Origin: an uncultured delta proteobacterium | GTDB taxonomy: Bacteria > Myxococcota_A > Polyangia > Fen-1088 | Direction: 5' to 3' | DNA: 64,000 nt | Assembly: GCA_963767925.1 (NCBI GenBank) | Contig: CAVYGB010000010.1 | Location: 1,056,001-1,120,000 of the forward strand | Shown: piece after piece, positions 1-10,409 of the stretch | Numbering within the stretch: position 1 is the stretch's first letter | How the letters are laid out: each line of letters opens with the position of its first letter | Notes under the pieces: model-generated | What the model was told of the DNA's origin: nothing | Seen by the model: only the letters and a program-made list of their open reading frames with translations | Database searches by the model: none | Made by a program: the position numbers and the translations under genes

Positions 1-462
1 GTGCACGCCTCGGATCTCGTCGACGACGAGCTGACGATGCCCAACGCCCCTCTGTCGAAGATCGCCACCCGGGTCACGCTCGAGGTGACCGAGCGGTCGT
101 CGCTGCACGACGCGGGCGATCTGCGGGCCCGGCTCGATGCCCTGCGCGCCCTGGGGTTCCGGCTGGCGGTCGACGATCTCGGCGCCGGCTACGCCGGCCT
201 GTCGAGCCTGGCGCTCGTCGATCCCGAGGTGGTCAAGATCGACATGTCGCTGGTCCGCGACGTCGACAAGAACGCCGCCAAGCAGGAGGTCATCCGCTCG
301 ATGGCCCACCTGGCCAAGGATCTGGAGATGGAGCTCATCGTCGAGGGGGTCGAGACGGTCACCGAGCGCGACAGCCTCATCACGCTCGGTTGCGATCTCA
401 TGCAGGGCTTCCTCTTCGCCCGCCCCGCCTTCGGCTTCGTGGTCCCCGACCTGAAGCCCTAG
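1..462 (+). CDS. EAL-domain c-di-GMP phosphodiesterase (5' partial)
   Basis: EAL motifs LEVTE, AVDDLGAGYAGL, VKID, VEGVE, MQGFLFARP. Confidence 0.93.
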   Translation: MHASDLVDDELTMPNAPLSKIATRVTLEVTERSSLHDAGDLRARLDALRALGFRLAVDDLGAGYAGLSSLALVDPEVVKIDMSLVRDVDKNAAKQEVIRSMAHLAKDLEMELIVEGVETVTERDSLITLGCDLMQGFLFARPAFGFVVPDLKP

Positions 463-464
463 TC

Positions 465-498
465 GCTCACCTCTCCCCGCGGGCCGCGCGGGGAGAGG
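465..498. repeat. REP-like palindrome (family A), possible terminator between convergent genes
   Basis: cctctccccgc...gcggggagagg hairpin, related to copies at 10284, 31197 and 56272. Confidence 0.65.
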
Positions 499-523
499 AA
501 AACCGGCCGGGCCGGGGACTGTT

Positions 524-562
524 TTCGAAGTAGTCGGGTCCCCTCGCTTCGCTCGGGCCCGA
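524..562. repeat. Short dispersed repeat (family B)
   Basis: ttcgaagtagtcgggtcccctcgcttcgctcgggcccga; near-identical copy at 26120-26156. Confidence 0.7.
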
Positions 563-1828
563 TTAGAACTGCGATTCGGCGAAGTGGACGCGGCCGACGG
601 CGGTCGGGGCGCCGTGGGACTGGGCCAGGCGCAGGATGCGGCGGGCGTGCTCCTCCCAGGTGTAGCGGCGGCGGATCTGGGCCCGGGCGGCCCGGCCCAG
701 GGCGGCCGCCAGCGGGCGGTCGGTGAAGGCCTGCAGCAGGGCGCCGCTCAGCGCCTCGGCGCTGCCTGGCTCGAACAGCAGGCCGTTGCGCCCCGGCTCG
801 ATCACGGCAGCCACCGGCGGCATGTGCGGAGCGACCACCGCCTTTCCGGCCGCCATGTATTCGAACATCTTGATCGGCGAGCGGTATTCGTTGGTCTCGG
901 GGATCACCCCCACCTCGGCCAGGCCGATGTAGCCGGCGATCTCGCCGTGGGGCACCCGCCCCGCCAGCACCACCGAGTCGCCCAGCCCCAGGCGGGCCGC
1001 CTCGCTCTCGATGAAGCCCCGGCAGGGCCCATCGCCGACGATCAGCAGCACCGCCTCGGGGAGCTGCTGCTTGACCCGCTGCATGGCCTCGAGGAGGAGG
1101 CCGAAGTTGTGCCAGTGGGTCAGCCCGCCGACGAAGCAGACCGCCGGCCGGGTGCCGAGCCCCAGCTCGCGCCGGAGGCGGTCGGCGTCCTTTCCGCTGG
1201 CCGAGCTGGCCAGCCACTCGGCCGAGACGCCGTTGGGGACCGTCACCACCGGGACCCGGCCCTCGACGATCTCCTCGACCTTGCCGGTGAGGAACTCCGA
1301 GACCGTGACGACGAGGCTGGCCCGCTGCAGGACCATGCGCTCGACCGACTTGGCGAGGCCGACGAAGCTCTGATCACGCACCCGCTTGTAGCCGGCCAGC
1401 TCGTTGACCTCGACGACAAAGGGGATGCCCAGCCGGCGGCTCGCCAGGGCGCCCGCCAGGTTGAAGAAGGCGTACCGCTCGTAGATCAGCTCCGCCTGGT
1501 GGTCGCGCCCGGCCTGCACCAGGCGCGGATAGGCCATGGCGTTGTAGCCGAGCTCCATCGCCTCGAAGACCGGCTGCGGCGCCCGGTCGGCCAGCACGTT
1601 GAGCACCCGCCGCAGGGCCCCCCGTGCCGCCGCCGGCGTCACCGGCGCCGGTGTGTCCTTCGTCGGATCACTGCCCAGCGGCGATACGAATGTGACGTTG
1701 TGTCCCCAGGCGCGAAATCCTTTCGCGATTCCAGCGATGTGCACCGCCTCTGCGCCCGTCCCCCGAACCCTGAAATGGTAAAGGATGTTCAAGATCTTTC
1801 CCCCGCCCTCGCGAGGTAAGCTGGGCAC
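563..1828 (-). CDS. Glycosyltransferase family 4 (GT-B)
   Basis: GAEAVHI N-terminus, IYERY, VPNGV, SPIKMFEYMAAGKAVV, GRNGLLFEPG, YTWE. Confidence 0.92.
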   Translation of the reverse strand: MPSLPREGGGKILNILYHFRVRGTGAEAVHIAGIAKGFRAWGHNVTFVSPLGSDPTKDTPAPVTPAAARGALRRVLNVLADRAPQPVFEAMELGYNAMAYPRLVQAGRDHQAELIYERYAFFNLAGALASRRLGIPFVVEVNELAGYKRVRDQSFVGLAKSVERMVLQRASLVVTVSEFLTGKVEEIVEGRVPVVTVPNGVSAEWLASSASGKDADRLRRELGLGTRPAVCFVGGLTHWHNFGLLLEAMQRVKQQLPEAVLLIVGDGPCRGFIESEAARLGLGDSVVLAGRVPHGEIAGYIGLAEVGVIPETNEYRSPIKMFEYMAAGKAVVAPHMPPVAAVIEPGRNGLLFEPGSAEALSGALLQAFTDRPLAAALGRAARAQIRRRYTWEEHARRILRLAQSHGAPTAVGRVHFAESQF

Positions 1829-1885
1829 CGTTCCTTACGGAGACAAGAGCGGTTGTACCCCCGTCGGGGCCTTCAGGCAGAAGCC

Positions 1886-2344
1886 TTAAGGGCGCTCGCG
1901 CCGCCCTGCGCGCTGGGGGCTCTCCAGGGCGTGGGCCCCGGCCCGCTTGATGACCGTGCCGGTCAGGGTGCTGGTCAAGGTGCTGGCGGCGGCGAGCAGG
2001 GCCTTCTCGACCAGCGAGCGCTCCGGCTGCGCCACCCGTTCGGGCCGCCGCACCATGTGGCCGAAGCCCTGCGACCAGCGGCCCAGGCGGGCGCGCAAAG
2101 TTTGCTGCCGGCGGTGATGGCGGAGGCCGAGCGCCACCGCGGCCCCGAGGGCCCCCACCGTCACCAGCAGGGCGGTGGCGGCCCAGGCCCGGTGGGACAG
2201 GACCAGGTGGGAGAAGCGGGCCCCCAGGTGGCGCCGCTGGTCGAGCTCGCCGATCAGGGTGTCGAGCCGCTCGCGCGAGCGCTCCACCTTCTCGGCCAGC
2301 TCGTCGGCGGTCGGCTCGTCTAGGCGGTTCGTTCCTTCACCCAT
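1886..2344 (-). CDS. DUF3618-like small membrane-anchored protein
   Basis: ELAEKVERSRERLDTLIGELD coiled coil followed by a TM helix; overlaps the holin-family gene; ATG at 2344 chosen. Confidence 0.65.
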   Translation of the reverse strand: MGEGTNRLDEPTADELAEKVERSRERLDTLIGELDQRRHLGARFSHLVLSHRAWAATALLVTVGALGAAVALGLRHHRRQQTLRARLGRWSQGFGHMVRRPERVAQPERSLVEKALLAAASTLTSTLTGTVIKRAGAHALESPQRAGRRERP

Positions 2345-2763
2345 CGGAGGTCCTCCTGCAAGGTCTTGCGGGTCCGCTGCATCGGCACCCGGAGCTTCTT
2401 TACCCCCACCGCCGCCGCGATGCCCGCGACGATCGCCACAACCGCCGCGACGGCGAGCAGGGCCGCCCAGACCGGCATCAGCGCGGCCAGCCCGAAGGCC
2501 GCCGCCACCAGCAGCAGGTTGAGCACGGCCAGCGCGCCCACCGCGGCCACGCTGAGCCCCTTGGCCGCCGCAATCTCCGACTGGAGGTCCTCCTTCAGCT
2601 CGACCCGGGCCAGCTCGACCTGGGCCTTGATGAGGGTCATCGCCTCCCGGGCCGTCTCGCCCACCAGCCTGGTGCTGGAGAGCGCGCCCGGATCCTCCTT
2701 CGTGCGCTCGGGCTCGGCCCGCTCCACCTCTTTTCCCGTCACCGGTTCGAGCTCGCTCGCCAT
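2320..2763 (-). CDS. Phage holin family (DUF1469/YqjE-like) membrane protein
   Basis: LIKAQVELARVELKE, two TM helices, RTRKTLQEDLRWVKE tail. Confidence 0.8.
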   Translation of the reverse strand: MASELEPVTGKEVERAEPERTKEDPGALSSTRLVGETAREAMTLIKAQVELARVELKEDLQSEIAAAKGLSVAAVGALAVLNLLLVAAAFGLAALMPVWAALLAVAAVVAIVAGIAAAVGVKKLRVPMQRTRKTLQEDLRWVKERTA

Positions 2764-2896
2764 CGAAACCTCCGCCGTAGACCGCGATCCGCACCTGCGG
2801 CCAGGCGCAAGAACTGCGCGCGGGCGGCCGGGCCAGGATGATCGATCGACATATCCCCCAGTTTGGGTCTGCTACCCCGCCCTGCGCAACCGGGGA

Positions 2897-4945
2897 TCAG
2901 CCGACGGCGCGCAGATCGCTCTGGAACGGGGACCGGTTCTCGGGGCTGAGCAGCCAGAGAAAGAGGGCCCGCAGCTCGAAGTACTCCTCGATCGCGAGCT
3001 GGACGAAGGGCCGGGGCATCTCGTCGATCTCCATCCCCTCCCAGCGGAACCCCGGCACCCCGGCGGTGCGCGAGCGCAGCCCGCCGGTGGCGATCACGTC
3101 CTGGGCCCGGAAGAACCGGGCGATGGCCGAGGCGGCGGCCTGAGGGAACTCGGGGGGCGCGGCCAGGCGGGTGGGCAGCTCGACCTGGCTCGACCCGCAG
3201 GCCCAGCCCAGCCAGGTCAGCGCGGCCCACTGCGAGCGGGCCACCCGCATCAGCGCGGGCAGGCCGGCGCTGCTGCTGTCGATTGTCTCGTCGATCTCGA
3301 CGGCGGAGGTCTCCGAGCCGTCGTCGGTCTCGTCGACGATCTCGGCGGTATAGCGGCGCAGCTCGATGGGCCCCTCGGGCAGCAGGGCGCTGGTGTCAGG
3401 GGGCGCCCAGCGCGGGGCCGGGCGGCCTTCCCGGCGGGCCAGCACCGCCGCCCGCAGGTGCCGCAGGCGGGTGGCGTAGACCTGCATCGTGTGGCGGATG
3501 GCGGCCAGGGGCTGCTCGGGCGCCAGCGGGAAGCCCTCGAGCGAGCCCGCAGGGCCGGCGGCCAGCCGCTCGCGCGCCGGCCAGAAGGCCCACTCGGGCA
3601 GCAGCAGCCGGGCGTAGTCCCGCACGAAGGTCGCCGACTCCTCGGACACCGGCTGCAGGCGGGTGGCGTCGGCGAGGGCGCCGCGCTCGTCGCCGAGCTC
3701 GAGCCGCAGCAGGGCCCGGGTCAGGTAGGTCATGGGGCGATCGGGGGCCAGCAGCAAGGCCACCTCGACGAAGTCGCAGCCGGCCCGGGGCGACTCGCGC
3801 TGGGCGCTGGCCAGGGCCCGGAAGATCATCGCCGGCTCGCCCCCGTAGACCAGGGCGGTCAGCAGGGCGGGCACCGGCTCGATCTCCGCCGCGGTCGCCT
3901 TCTCGGCGACGGCCACCGCGGCGGTCGGCTGCAGCGCCACCGTGTGGCGGGCGAGGAAGGAGACCAGGTCGTCGACGGCGTGGCGCCCGGCCGCCGCCCG
4001 GGCGGCGGCGCAGATGGCGGGCCCCGTCTGCCCCTCGGCGACCAGGGCCGCCGCCAGCTCGTCCCAGGCCTCGGGGGCGCGGGGCTGCTCGGCGAACACG
4101 GGGTGGGCGGGGCCGTCGGCCGGAAGGGGGCGACCGCGATCGACGGAGCGGACCTCGGCCCCGCCGACATCGAAGAAGGTCCAGCGGCCGACCGGATCGT
4201 CCTCCTCGAACGCGCCCCGCTCCTCGGCGATGCGGGCGTCGAGGTAGGGGCTGGCCTCGCTCTCGTCGAAGCGCCGGCGGTGGTCACCGTGGCGGCGCCC
4301 ATTTTTATCGAAGTGGGTCTCCTGGCGGAGGCGCCCGTCGGCGGCCTGCAGCCGGGAGAAGACCTTGAAGCCGTCCTCGAAGCGGGCCTCCTCCTCGAGG
4401 GTGCCGTCCTGCCGGTAGAACCGCCAGGGCTCGGCCGTCGCGTCGCTGGCCGGGGGCACGCTCCAGCGCTTGTCATGCTCGTCGTAGTCGGCGCGGGCGG
4501 ACAGTCCGGGCGGAGGGCTGGGGCAGATGCTTCCGTCTGACAGCAGGGCCCGTCCTTCGCGATCGAAGAAGCGCTGGAAGAGGAGCTGTCCCCGCTCGTA
4601 TTGGGCCCGCATCTGCCAGGCGTTGGGGGGGACGCAGCAGGGGCGCAGCGGCTCACCCTCGTCGCTCTCGGGGGCGTAGGCGGTGAGATCGCCAACCAGC
4701 TCGCCGCCGTCGTAGCGGCCCTCGCGGGCGATGCGGCCGTCGGGGTGGTAGGCGACGAAGCCGCCCTCCTGCCGGCCGGCCACGTAGCGGCTGCGCATGT
4801 AGAGGGTGCCGTCGCGGCGAAACAGGCGGCACTCGCCTTCCTTGCTGCCGGCGGGATCGCGGGGCACGACCTCCCATCTGTCGGACTCCTCGACCCAGAC
4901 GGCGTCGACAGGTATCTCGGGATGTCGCTCGGGTACGTCGCTCAT
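2897..4945 (-). CDS. MORN-variant/YwqK-like repeat protein with helical (TPR-like) C-terminal half
   Basis: Repeats such as GECRLFRRDG, GGFVAYHPDGRIAREGRY and WRFYRQDG; start MSDVPERHP chosen. Confidence 0.65.
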   Translation of the reverse strand: MSDVPERHPEIPVDAVWVEESDRWEVVPRDPAGSKEGECRLFRRDGTLYMRSRYVAGRQEGGFVAYHPDGRIAREGRYDGGELVGDLTAYAPESDEGEPLRPCCVPPNAWQMRAQYERGQLLFQRFFDREGRALLSDGSICPSPPPGLSARADYDEHDKRWSVPPASDATAEPWRFYRQDGTLEEEARFEDGFKVFSRLQAADGRLRQETHFDKNGRRHGDHRRRFDESEASPYLDARIAEERGAFEEDDPVGRWTFFDVGGAEVRSVDRGRPLPADGPAHPVFAEQPRAPEAWDELAAALVAEGQTGPAICAAARAAAGRHAVDDLVSFLARHTVALQPTAAVAVAEKATAAEIEPVPALLTALVYGGEPAMIFRALASAQRESPRAGCDFVEVALLLAPDRPMTYLTRALLRLELGDERGALADATRLQPVSEESATFVRDYARLLLPEWAFWPARERLAAGPAGSLEGFPLAPEQPLAAIRHTMQVYATRLRHLRAAVLARREGRPAPRWAPPDTSALLPEGPIELRRYTAEIVDETDDGSETSAVEIDETIDSSSAGLPALMRVARSQWAALTWLGWACGSSQVELPTRLAAPPEFPQAAASAIARFFRAQDVIATGGLRSRTAGVPGFRWEGMEIDEMPRPFVQLAIEEYFELRALFLWLLSPENRSPFQSDLRAVG

Positions 4946-5087
4946 CGGAACTCCCTTGACCGGCGCGCCGGCGCCCGATTGGGGCAAAGCTAGCACACGG
5001 GCCTGGCCGGCAAGCCTGGCCCGCCCGTCGCGCCGCTCCCCCGCCGCTGCATCGCGCTCGCCGCCAGATGGCCTTAAACTGCCGGGG

Positions 5088-5894
5088 ATGGCATCGAACA
5101 TCGCAGGGGCCGGGCGCGCGCTGGCGGGGTATACCGTGGGGGAAGGCGCGCGGGGGACCGCGCTGGTCCACGGCTTTCTCGGGTCGGGCAAGAACCTGCG
5201 CTCGCTCGCGCAGCGCTGGGCGATGCTGCAGCCGGAGCGCAAGATCCTGGTCGTCGATCTCCCCGGTCACGGCAGCTCACCGCCGCTGACCGCCGCCGAC
5301 GACCTGCGCGCGCTGGCCCACGACGTCCTCGCCGCGGCGGCGGCCGCGGGCCTGCCCGGGCCGCTGACCCTCGTCGGGCACTCGCTCGGCGGGCGGGTGG
5401 GGCTGGCCGCGGCGGCGCTGGCCCCCGAGCGGCTATCGCAGGTGGTGCTGCTCGACATCTCGCCCGGCCCCATCGAGCCCGGGAGCACGGGCAGCGCGCG
5501 GGTCGTCGAGATCCTGAAGTCGGCGCCGGCCGAGGGCCCCGACCGCCGCACCTTCCGCGAGCACCTCATGGGCCAGGGCCTCGCCCAGGCGACCGCCGAC
5601 TGGCTGCTGATGAACCTCGAGCCGGGGACCAGCGGCGGCTACCGCTGGCGGATCGACCGGGCGGCGCTGGCCAGCTTCCACGATCGCTTCAACCGGGAGG
5701 ACCTCTGGCCGGTAGTGGAGGCACGCCCCCTGCCCCTCCGCTGCATCCGGGGCGGCCGCTCCCGCCACGTCAGCGAGGCCGACGCCACCCGCCTGGTGAC
5801 CGCCGGCTGCCCGGTCGAGACCATCCCGGACGCCGGCCACGACCTGCACGCCGAGGCCCTCGAGCCGCTCACTGCTCTCCTGCTCCAGGCCTGA
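5088..5894 (+). CDS. Alpha/beta hydrolase (YbfF-like esterase)
   Basis: VHGFLGSG, DLPGHG, GHSLGG nucleophile elbow, AGHDLH. Confidence 0.9.
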   Translation: MASNIAGAGRALAGYTVGEGARGTALVHGFLGSGKNLRSLAQRWAMLQPERKILVVDLPGHGSSPPLTAADDLRALAHDVLAAAAAAGLPGPLTLVGHSLGGRVGLAAAALAPERLSQVVLLDISPGPIEPGSTGSARVVEILKSAPAEGPDRRTFREHLMGQGLAQATADWLLMNLEPGTSGGYRWRIDRAALASFHDRFNREDLWPVVEARPLPLRCIRGGRSRHVSEADATRLVTAGCPVETIPDAGHDLHAEALEPLTALLLQA

Positions 5895-6594
5895 GCGGCA
5901 ACAGGCCGGAGACCTCGAGCGGGCCGGACAGACCGAGGGCCGCGCGGTCGCGGGGGTCGGTGAAGGCGAGGCGCACCGAGCGCAGGGCGATTGTGTCGGG
6001 GGCCGGCGGGGGCGTGAGGGCGCCGTAGAGGATGTCGCCCGCCACCGGGAAGCCGGCCTTCGCCAGGTGCACCCGGAGCTGGTGGGGGCGGCCGGTCTCC
6101 GGGTCGAGCAGGAAATACAGCAGCTCGGGCGGGCCGGCGGCGCCGGGCGCGGGGGGCGCGCCGACCGCCTCGGCGAGGACGGAGGCGGGCAGGCGGGCGA
6201 CGGCGCGGGCCCGGGTGTGGGCGGGGTCGCCGTGCGGCGCCTCGAAGCTGCGCCGCTTGCCGCGCACGAGGCGGCTCTGCCACTCGAGCACCGCCGGCAA
6301 GTCGGTGACCCGCTCGGCCCCCTCGGTGAGCGCCTGGTAGGTCTTGTGCACGCGCCGGCTCTCGAAGGCGGCGCTGGCCACCCGGTGGGCTCCGGCGTTG
6401 CGGGCGAACAGCACCAGGCCCGACACCTCGAAGTCGAGCCGGTGGACCGGCCACAGCCGCGCCGACAGCGCCTTCTCGAGCTGCCGCCCCAGGCAGGGCC
6501 GGGGATCGGCGGCGCCCTGCCGGCCGGGAACGGTGAGCCAGCCGGGCCGCTTGTCAGCGGCCACCACCTGCTTGTTCTGGAAGACGATCTGCAC
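5869..6594 (-). CDS. RluA-family RNA pseudouridine synthase
   Basis: DKRPGWL, VHRLDFEVSG (catalytic Asp), TGRPHQLRVHL, GDILYG; GTG start chosen. Confidence 0.9.
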   Translation of the reverse strand: MQIVFQNKQVVAADKRPGWLTVPGRQGAADPRPCLGRQLEKALSARLWPVHRLDFEVSGLVLFARNAGAHRVASAAFESRRVHKTYQALTEGAERVTDLPAVLEWQSRLVRGKRRSFEAPHGDPAHTRARAVARLPASVLAEAVGAPPAPGAAGPPELLYFLLDPETGRPHQLRVHLAKAGFPVAGDILYGALTPPPAPDTIALRSVRLAFTDPRDRAALGLSGPLEVSGLLPLRPGAGEQ

Positions 6595-6607
6595 GCGTGC
6601 TGCGCGG

Positions 6608-7363
6608 CTACCCCGTGGCGGCCTCGGGCTCGAGGACGGACGGCTCGGCCGCGCGCGCCTCGCGCTCGGGGCGCTCGATCGGGTTGGGAGCGGTGGGGCC
6701 CTCGGCGCTGATGACCTGGGGGGCGGGGGCGGCGGCCTCGGCGGCGACGCGGGCGGCGTGCTCGGGGCTGAGATCGTCGACAACCCCGGTGACCTCCATG
6801 ACGGCGAGGTCGTCGAGGTCGAGGTCGAAAACGAAGTCGCCCAGCTCGGCGTTGCCCGCCCGCGCGCGCCGGCCGGCGCGGGCCCGATCGGCCTGGTCGG
6901 TCAGCGAAGGGGGCGCGGCGGAGGCGCGGCGGTCGACCTGCCGGCGCTCCCGGCCGACCGGGCGGGGGTCGAGGGCGCCGACCCGGCGGTCCTCGCCCCG
7001 GCGGTCGCGGGCCAGGTTCCGGCGGAGGCCGTCGATGGTGTAGGGCACGGGGGACAGCACCTGGGTGCGGCTGGCGCAGACGTGGCACATCGGCAGCCAG
7101 CGGCCGTGGATCTCCGCCAGGCGGAGGGCGTCGCTGCGCCGCTCGTAGCAGACCACGCAGCGGGCGCCCCGCCCCACCGGCCGCAGCCCCGCCCAGGCCT
7201 GGTAACAGCCCCAGCAGCGGCCCCGCCGCAGCTCCTGCACACGCGCGCCGCAGTGGGTGCACGGGCGCAGCTCGGCGCCGGCGGGCCGTTCTGGCGGCCG
7301 GCTCACCGCCTCGCCGAGGTCCCGCTGGACGTCGGAATCGATTGGCCTCACGCGATCGAACAT
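6608..7363 (-). CDS. Hypothetical Cys-rich (zinc-finger-like) protein
   Basis: Four CxxC pairs (CTHC, CWGC, CVVC, CHVC); GGAG SD before ATG. Confidence 0.6.
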   Translation of the reverse strand: MFDRVRPIDSDVQRDLGEAVSRPPERPAGAELRPCTHCGARVQELRRGRCWGCYQAWAGLRPVGRGARCVVCYERRSDALRLAEIHGRWLPMCHVCASRTQVLSPVPYTIDGLRRNLARDRRGEDRRVGALDPRPVGRERRQVDRRASAAPPSLTDQADRARAGRRARAGNAELGDFVFDLDLDDLAVMEVTGVVDDLSPEHAARVAAEAAAPAPQVISAEGPTAPNPIERPEREARAAEPSVLEPEAATG

Positions 7364-7394
7364 GACACTCCTCCGTTGTTGCGGGTCGAGCCTG

Positions 7395-8123
7395 TCACTC
7401 CGAGGCGGCCAGCTTGCGCGACCCGACCCGCGCCCGCTCCCGCCTCCGGGAATCTTCCTGGACCACCGCCCGATCGATCCGGCCCACCGCGCACAGCAGG
7501 CTGCCGGCGAGGTAACGGACGCCCGGGGGATCCTCCGCCCGGCGGATACGCAGGAACGTGTTGATCACCCGGCCGTCGGCCGCCCGGCGCGCGTCCGGCT
7601 GCTCGGGATGGGCGTAGCTCAGGCGCACCACCCCACCGCGCGACTCGCGGAAGGAGATCCGCCCGGTGATGTCCACCTCGTCGACGACGCCGGCGTGATC
7701 GCCGCAGCGATTGCGGCCGCCGAGATCGAAGAACACGACGTCGCCCACCGCCGCCCGGTGGGCGGGCACCAGGTCGTGGCGGACGCGCACGTAGGCCAGA
7801 AGGGATGAGACGGTGCCGTCGGTGCCGAAGCGCAGGCCGCGGTCGCGCAGCTCCTCTTCCACCCAGGCGGTGGCCTCTTCGTCGCCCCCGGCGTAGCCGC
7901 GCGCGGGCTCGGCGGCCACCGGCCGGGCCACCGGGGGGGCGCTGCGCGGGGCGGCCGGTGCCGGCGGCGGCGTCTCGAGCTGGGCCAGGCCGGCCGTCTC
8001 GGCGGCGGTCTCCTCGAGGGTGTCGGCGGCCCAGGTGGGCAACATCCCCGGGATGATCGCGCAGCCGCTGCCGGCGGCGCCGAGCGCGAGCGCGAGCAGG
8101 CCAGTCGCCAGCCGCCGGTTCAT
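7395..8123 (-). CDS. Lipoprotein with degenerate CHAP/NlpC-P60-like domain
   Basis: Signal peptide with lipobox-like GSGC; GDVVFFD...HAGVV...NTFLR pattern. Confidence 0.6.
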   Translation of the reverse strand: MNRRLATGLLALALGAAGSGCAIIPGMLPTWAADTLEETAAETAGLAQLETPPPAPAAPRSAPPVARPVAAEPARGYAGGDEEATAWVEEELRDRGLRFGTDGTVSSLLAYVRVRHDLVPAHRAAVGDVVFFDLGGRNRCGDHAGVVDEVDITGRISFRESRGGVVRLSYAHPEQPDARRAADGRVINTFLRIRRAEDPPGVRYLAGSLLCAVGRIDRAVVQEDSRRRERARVGSRKLAASE

Positions 8124-8231
8124 CGTAGTGACGGTACTACATGTAGGTCGGGTGTCTAATTTCTGCACCCCCGCCCGCGCCGGGGTCGGCCGGCGGGAGC
8201 CGGGGCGGCTGGCTGCGGCTATCATCATGAG

Positions 8232-9419
8232 ATGCGAGAGGTGGTCATCATTGGTGCGGCGCGCACGGCGATCGGCGCGTTCCAGGGTGCGCTTTCGGAG
8301 GTTCCGGCGCCCCAACTCGGCGGCGTGGCTCTGCGGGCGGCTCTCGAGCGAGGCGGCAACGCCGCGCTGGCCGAGAAGATCGACGAAGTGATCATGGGTT
8401 GTGTTCTGCCCGCCGGACAGGGGCAGGCCCCCGCCCGGCAAGCGGCGCACCAGGCAGGCCTGCCGCGGTCGGTCGGCGCTGTGACGATCAACAAAGTCTG
8501 CGGCTCGGGCCTGAAGGCGGTCTCGCTGGCTGCGAACGCCATCCGCACCGGCGAGGCGGAGCTGGTGCTGGCCGGCGGGATGGAGTCGATGTCCCGGTCC
8601 CCCTATCTGCTGCCGAAGGCGCGCGAGGGGATGCGGCTCGGTCACGGCCAGGTGCTGGACTCGATGATCCTCGATGGCCTGTGGGACGCCTACGGAGATG
8701 TCCACATGGGGACCTGTGCCGAGCTGTGCGCCCGCGAGAAGAACGTGACCCGCGAGGATCAGGACGCCTTCGCCGCCGAGTCGTACCGGCGCGCGCGCAA
8801 GGCCCAGGCCGAGGGGAAGTTCGCGCGCGAGATCGCCCCGGTCGAGATCGCCCAGCGCAAGGGTCCGCCCAAGGTCGTGAACATCGACGAGGAGCCGGCC
8901 CGGGGCGATCCCGACAAGCTCGCGAGCTTGCGCCCGGCCTTCGACAAGGCGGGCACGGTGACCGCCGGCAACGCCTCCTCGCTGAGCGACGGGGCGGCCG
9001 CCCTGCTGCTGACCTCCGAGGAGACCGCCCGCGCCCTCGACGCCCGCCCGCTGGCCCGGGTGGTGGGGATGGCGGGGCACGCCCAGGCGCCCGAGTGGTT
9101 CACCACCGCGCCCGCCGGGGCCATCGACAAGCTGTGCGCCCGCATCGGCTGGAACAAGCAGGACGTCGACCTGTGGGAGATCAACGAGGCCTTCGCGGTG
9201 GTCTCGGTGGCCAACAACCGGCTGCTGGGGATCGACCCCGCCCGGGTCAACGTCTGGGGGGGCGCGGTCGCCCTGGGGCACCCCATCGGGGCCAGCGGGG
9301 CGCGCGTGCTGGTGACCCTCCTGTCGGCGCTGGCCGACACTGGCAAGCGGCGGGGGATCGCCTCGCTGTGCATCGGCGGCGGCGAGGGGATCGCCCTCGC
9401 GGTGGAGCGGCTGGCGTGA
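8232..9419 (+). CDS. atoB: Acetyl-CoA C-acetyltransferase (thiolase)
   Basis: [26 protein letters not shown]. Confidence 0.95.
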   Translation: MREVVIIGAARTAIGAFQGALSEVPAPQLGGVALRAALERGGNAALAEKIDEVIMGCVLPAGQGQAPARQAAHQAGLPRSVGAVTINKVCGSGLKAVSLAANAIRTGEAELVLAGGMESMSRSPYLLPKAREGMRLGHGQVLDSMILDGLWDAYGDVHMGTCAELCAREKNVTREDQDAFAAESYRRARKAQAEGKFAREIAPVEIAQRKGPPKVVNIDEEPARGDPDKLASLRPAFDKAGTVTAGNASSLSDGAAALLLTSEETARALDARPLARVVGMAGHAQAPEWFTTAPAGAIDKLCARIGWNKQDVDLWEINEAFAVVSVANNRLLGIDPARVNVWGGAVALGHPIGASGARVLVTLLSALADTGKRRGIASLCIGGGEGIALAVERLA

Positions 9420-10282
9420 GCGCGGCCGGCGCCATCTCGCGGCTGGGCGTGGTCGGGGCCGGGCAGATGGGCGGGGGGATCGCCCAGGTGGCAGCCGCCG
9501 CCGGGCTGGAGGTGGTGCTGCTGGACGCCAGCCGCGCCGCCGCCGAGAAGGGGCGCGCCGCCATCGACGGCCAGCTCGCCCGTCAGGTGGAGAGGGGCAA
9601 GCTCACCGCCGGGGATCGGGAGGCGACGCTGCGGCGGATCGCCATCGCCGAGCAGGCCAGCGAGCTCGCCGAGGTCGACTTCGTGATCGAGGCCGCCTCG
9701 GAGGACCCCGCCCTCAAGGGCCGGCTGTTCACCGACCTCGACCGGGCCTGCCGGCCAGGCACCATCCTCGCCAGCAACACCTCGTCGATCGGCATCACCG
9801 GGCTGGCCGCCCGCACCGGGCGCCCCGATCGGGTGATCGGCATGCACTTCATGAACCCGGTCCCGGTGATGAAGCTGTGCGAGCTGATCCGGGGCCTGGC
9901 CACCTCCGACGAGACCTACCAGACCACCCGGACGCTGGCCGAGCGGCTGGGCAAGACGGCGGTGGTCTCGCGCGACGTCCCCGGCTTCATCGTCAACCGG
10001 GTGCTGGCGCCGATGATCAACGAGGCCATCTTCGCCCTGTCCGAGGGCCTGGCCAGCGCCGAGGACATCGACAAGGCCGTCCAGCTCGGCCTCAACCACC
10101 CGATGGGCCCCCTGGCCCTCGCCGATCTGATCGGCCTCGACACGACCCTCGCCATCCTCGAGGTCCTGCACCGCGACCTCGGCGACCCCAAATACCGCCC
10201 CTGCCCCCTCCTCCGCCAGTACGTCGCCGCCGGCTGGCACGGCCGCAAGACCGGCCGCGGCTTTTACACGTACCAGAAGTAG
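9416..10282 (+). CDS. hbd: 3-hydroxybutyryl-CoA dehydrogenase
   Basis: [43 protein letters not shown] overlap with thiolase. Confidence 0.95.
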   Translation: MSAAGAISRLGVVGAGQMGGGIAQVAAAAGLEVVLLDASRAAAEKGRAAIDGQLARQVERGKLTAGDREATLRRIAIAEQASELAEVDFVIEAASEDPALKGRLFTDLDRACRPGTILASNTSSIGITGLAARTGRPDRVIGMHFMNPVPVMKLCELIRGLATSDETYQTTRTLAERLGKTAVVSRDVPGFIVNRVLAPMINEAIFALSEGLASAEDIDKAVQLGLNHPMGPLALADLIGLDTTLAILEVLHRDLGDPKYRPCPLLRQYVAAGWHGRKTGRGFYTYQK

Positions 10283-10283
10283 T

Positions 10284-10409
10284 TGTTTGCCCTCGCCCCG
10301 CGGTCCGCCGCGGGGAGAGGGAAGGGTGAGGGGCGGTTGCCTCGCCGGAGGCCCCTCACCCGGCGCGCAGACGCGCCGACCTCTCCCCACGGCAGACCGC
10401 GGGGCGAGG
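10284..10409. repeat. Inverted pair of REP-like palindromes (family A)
   Basis: ccctcgccccgc...ggggagagggaagggtgagggg followed by cccctcaccc...ctctcccc...ggggcgagg. Confidence 0.75.

Noticed and set aside
2320..2763. Holin as evidence of a prophage
   Set aside because: This holin-family/DUF3618-like pair is a common chromosomal module, and no phage genes are nearby.
8125..8146. Palindromes gtagt...actac and CTACATGTAG in the divergent gap
   Set aside because: Short, single occurrence; spacing does not fit TACA-NN-TGTA.
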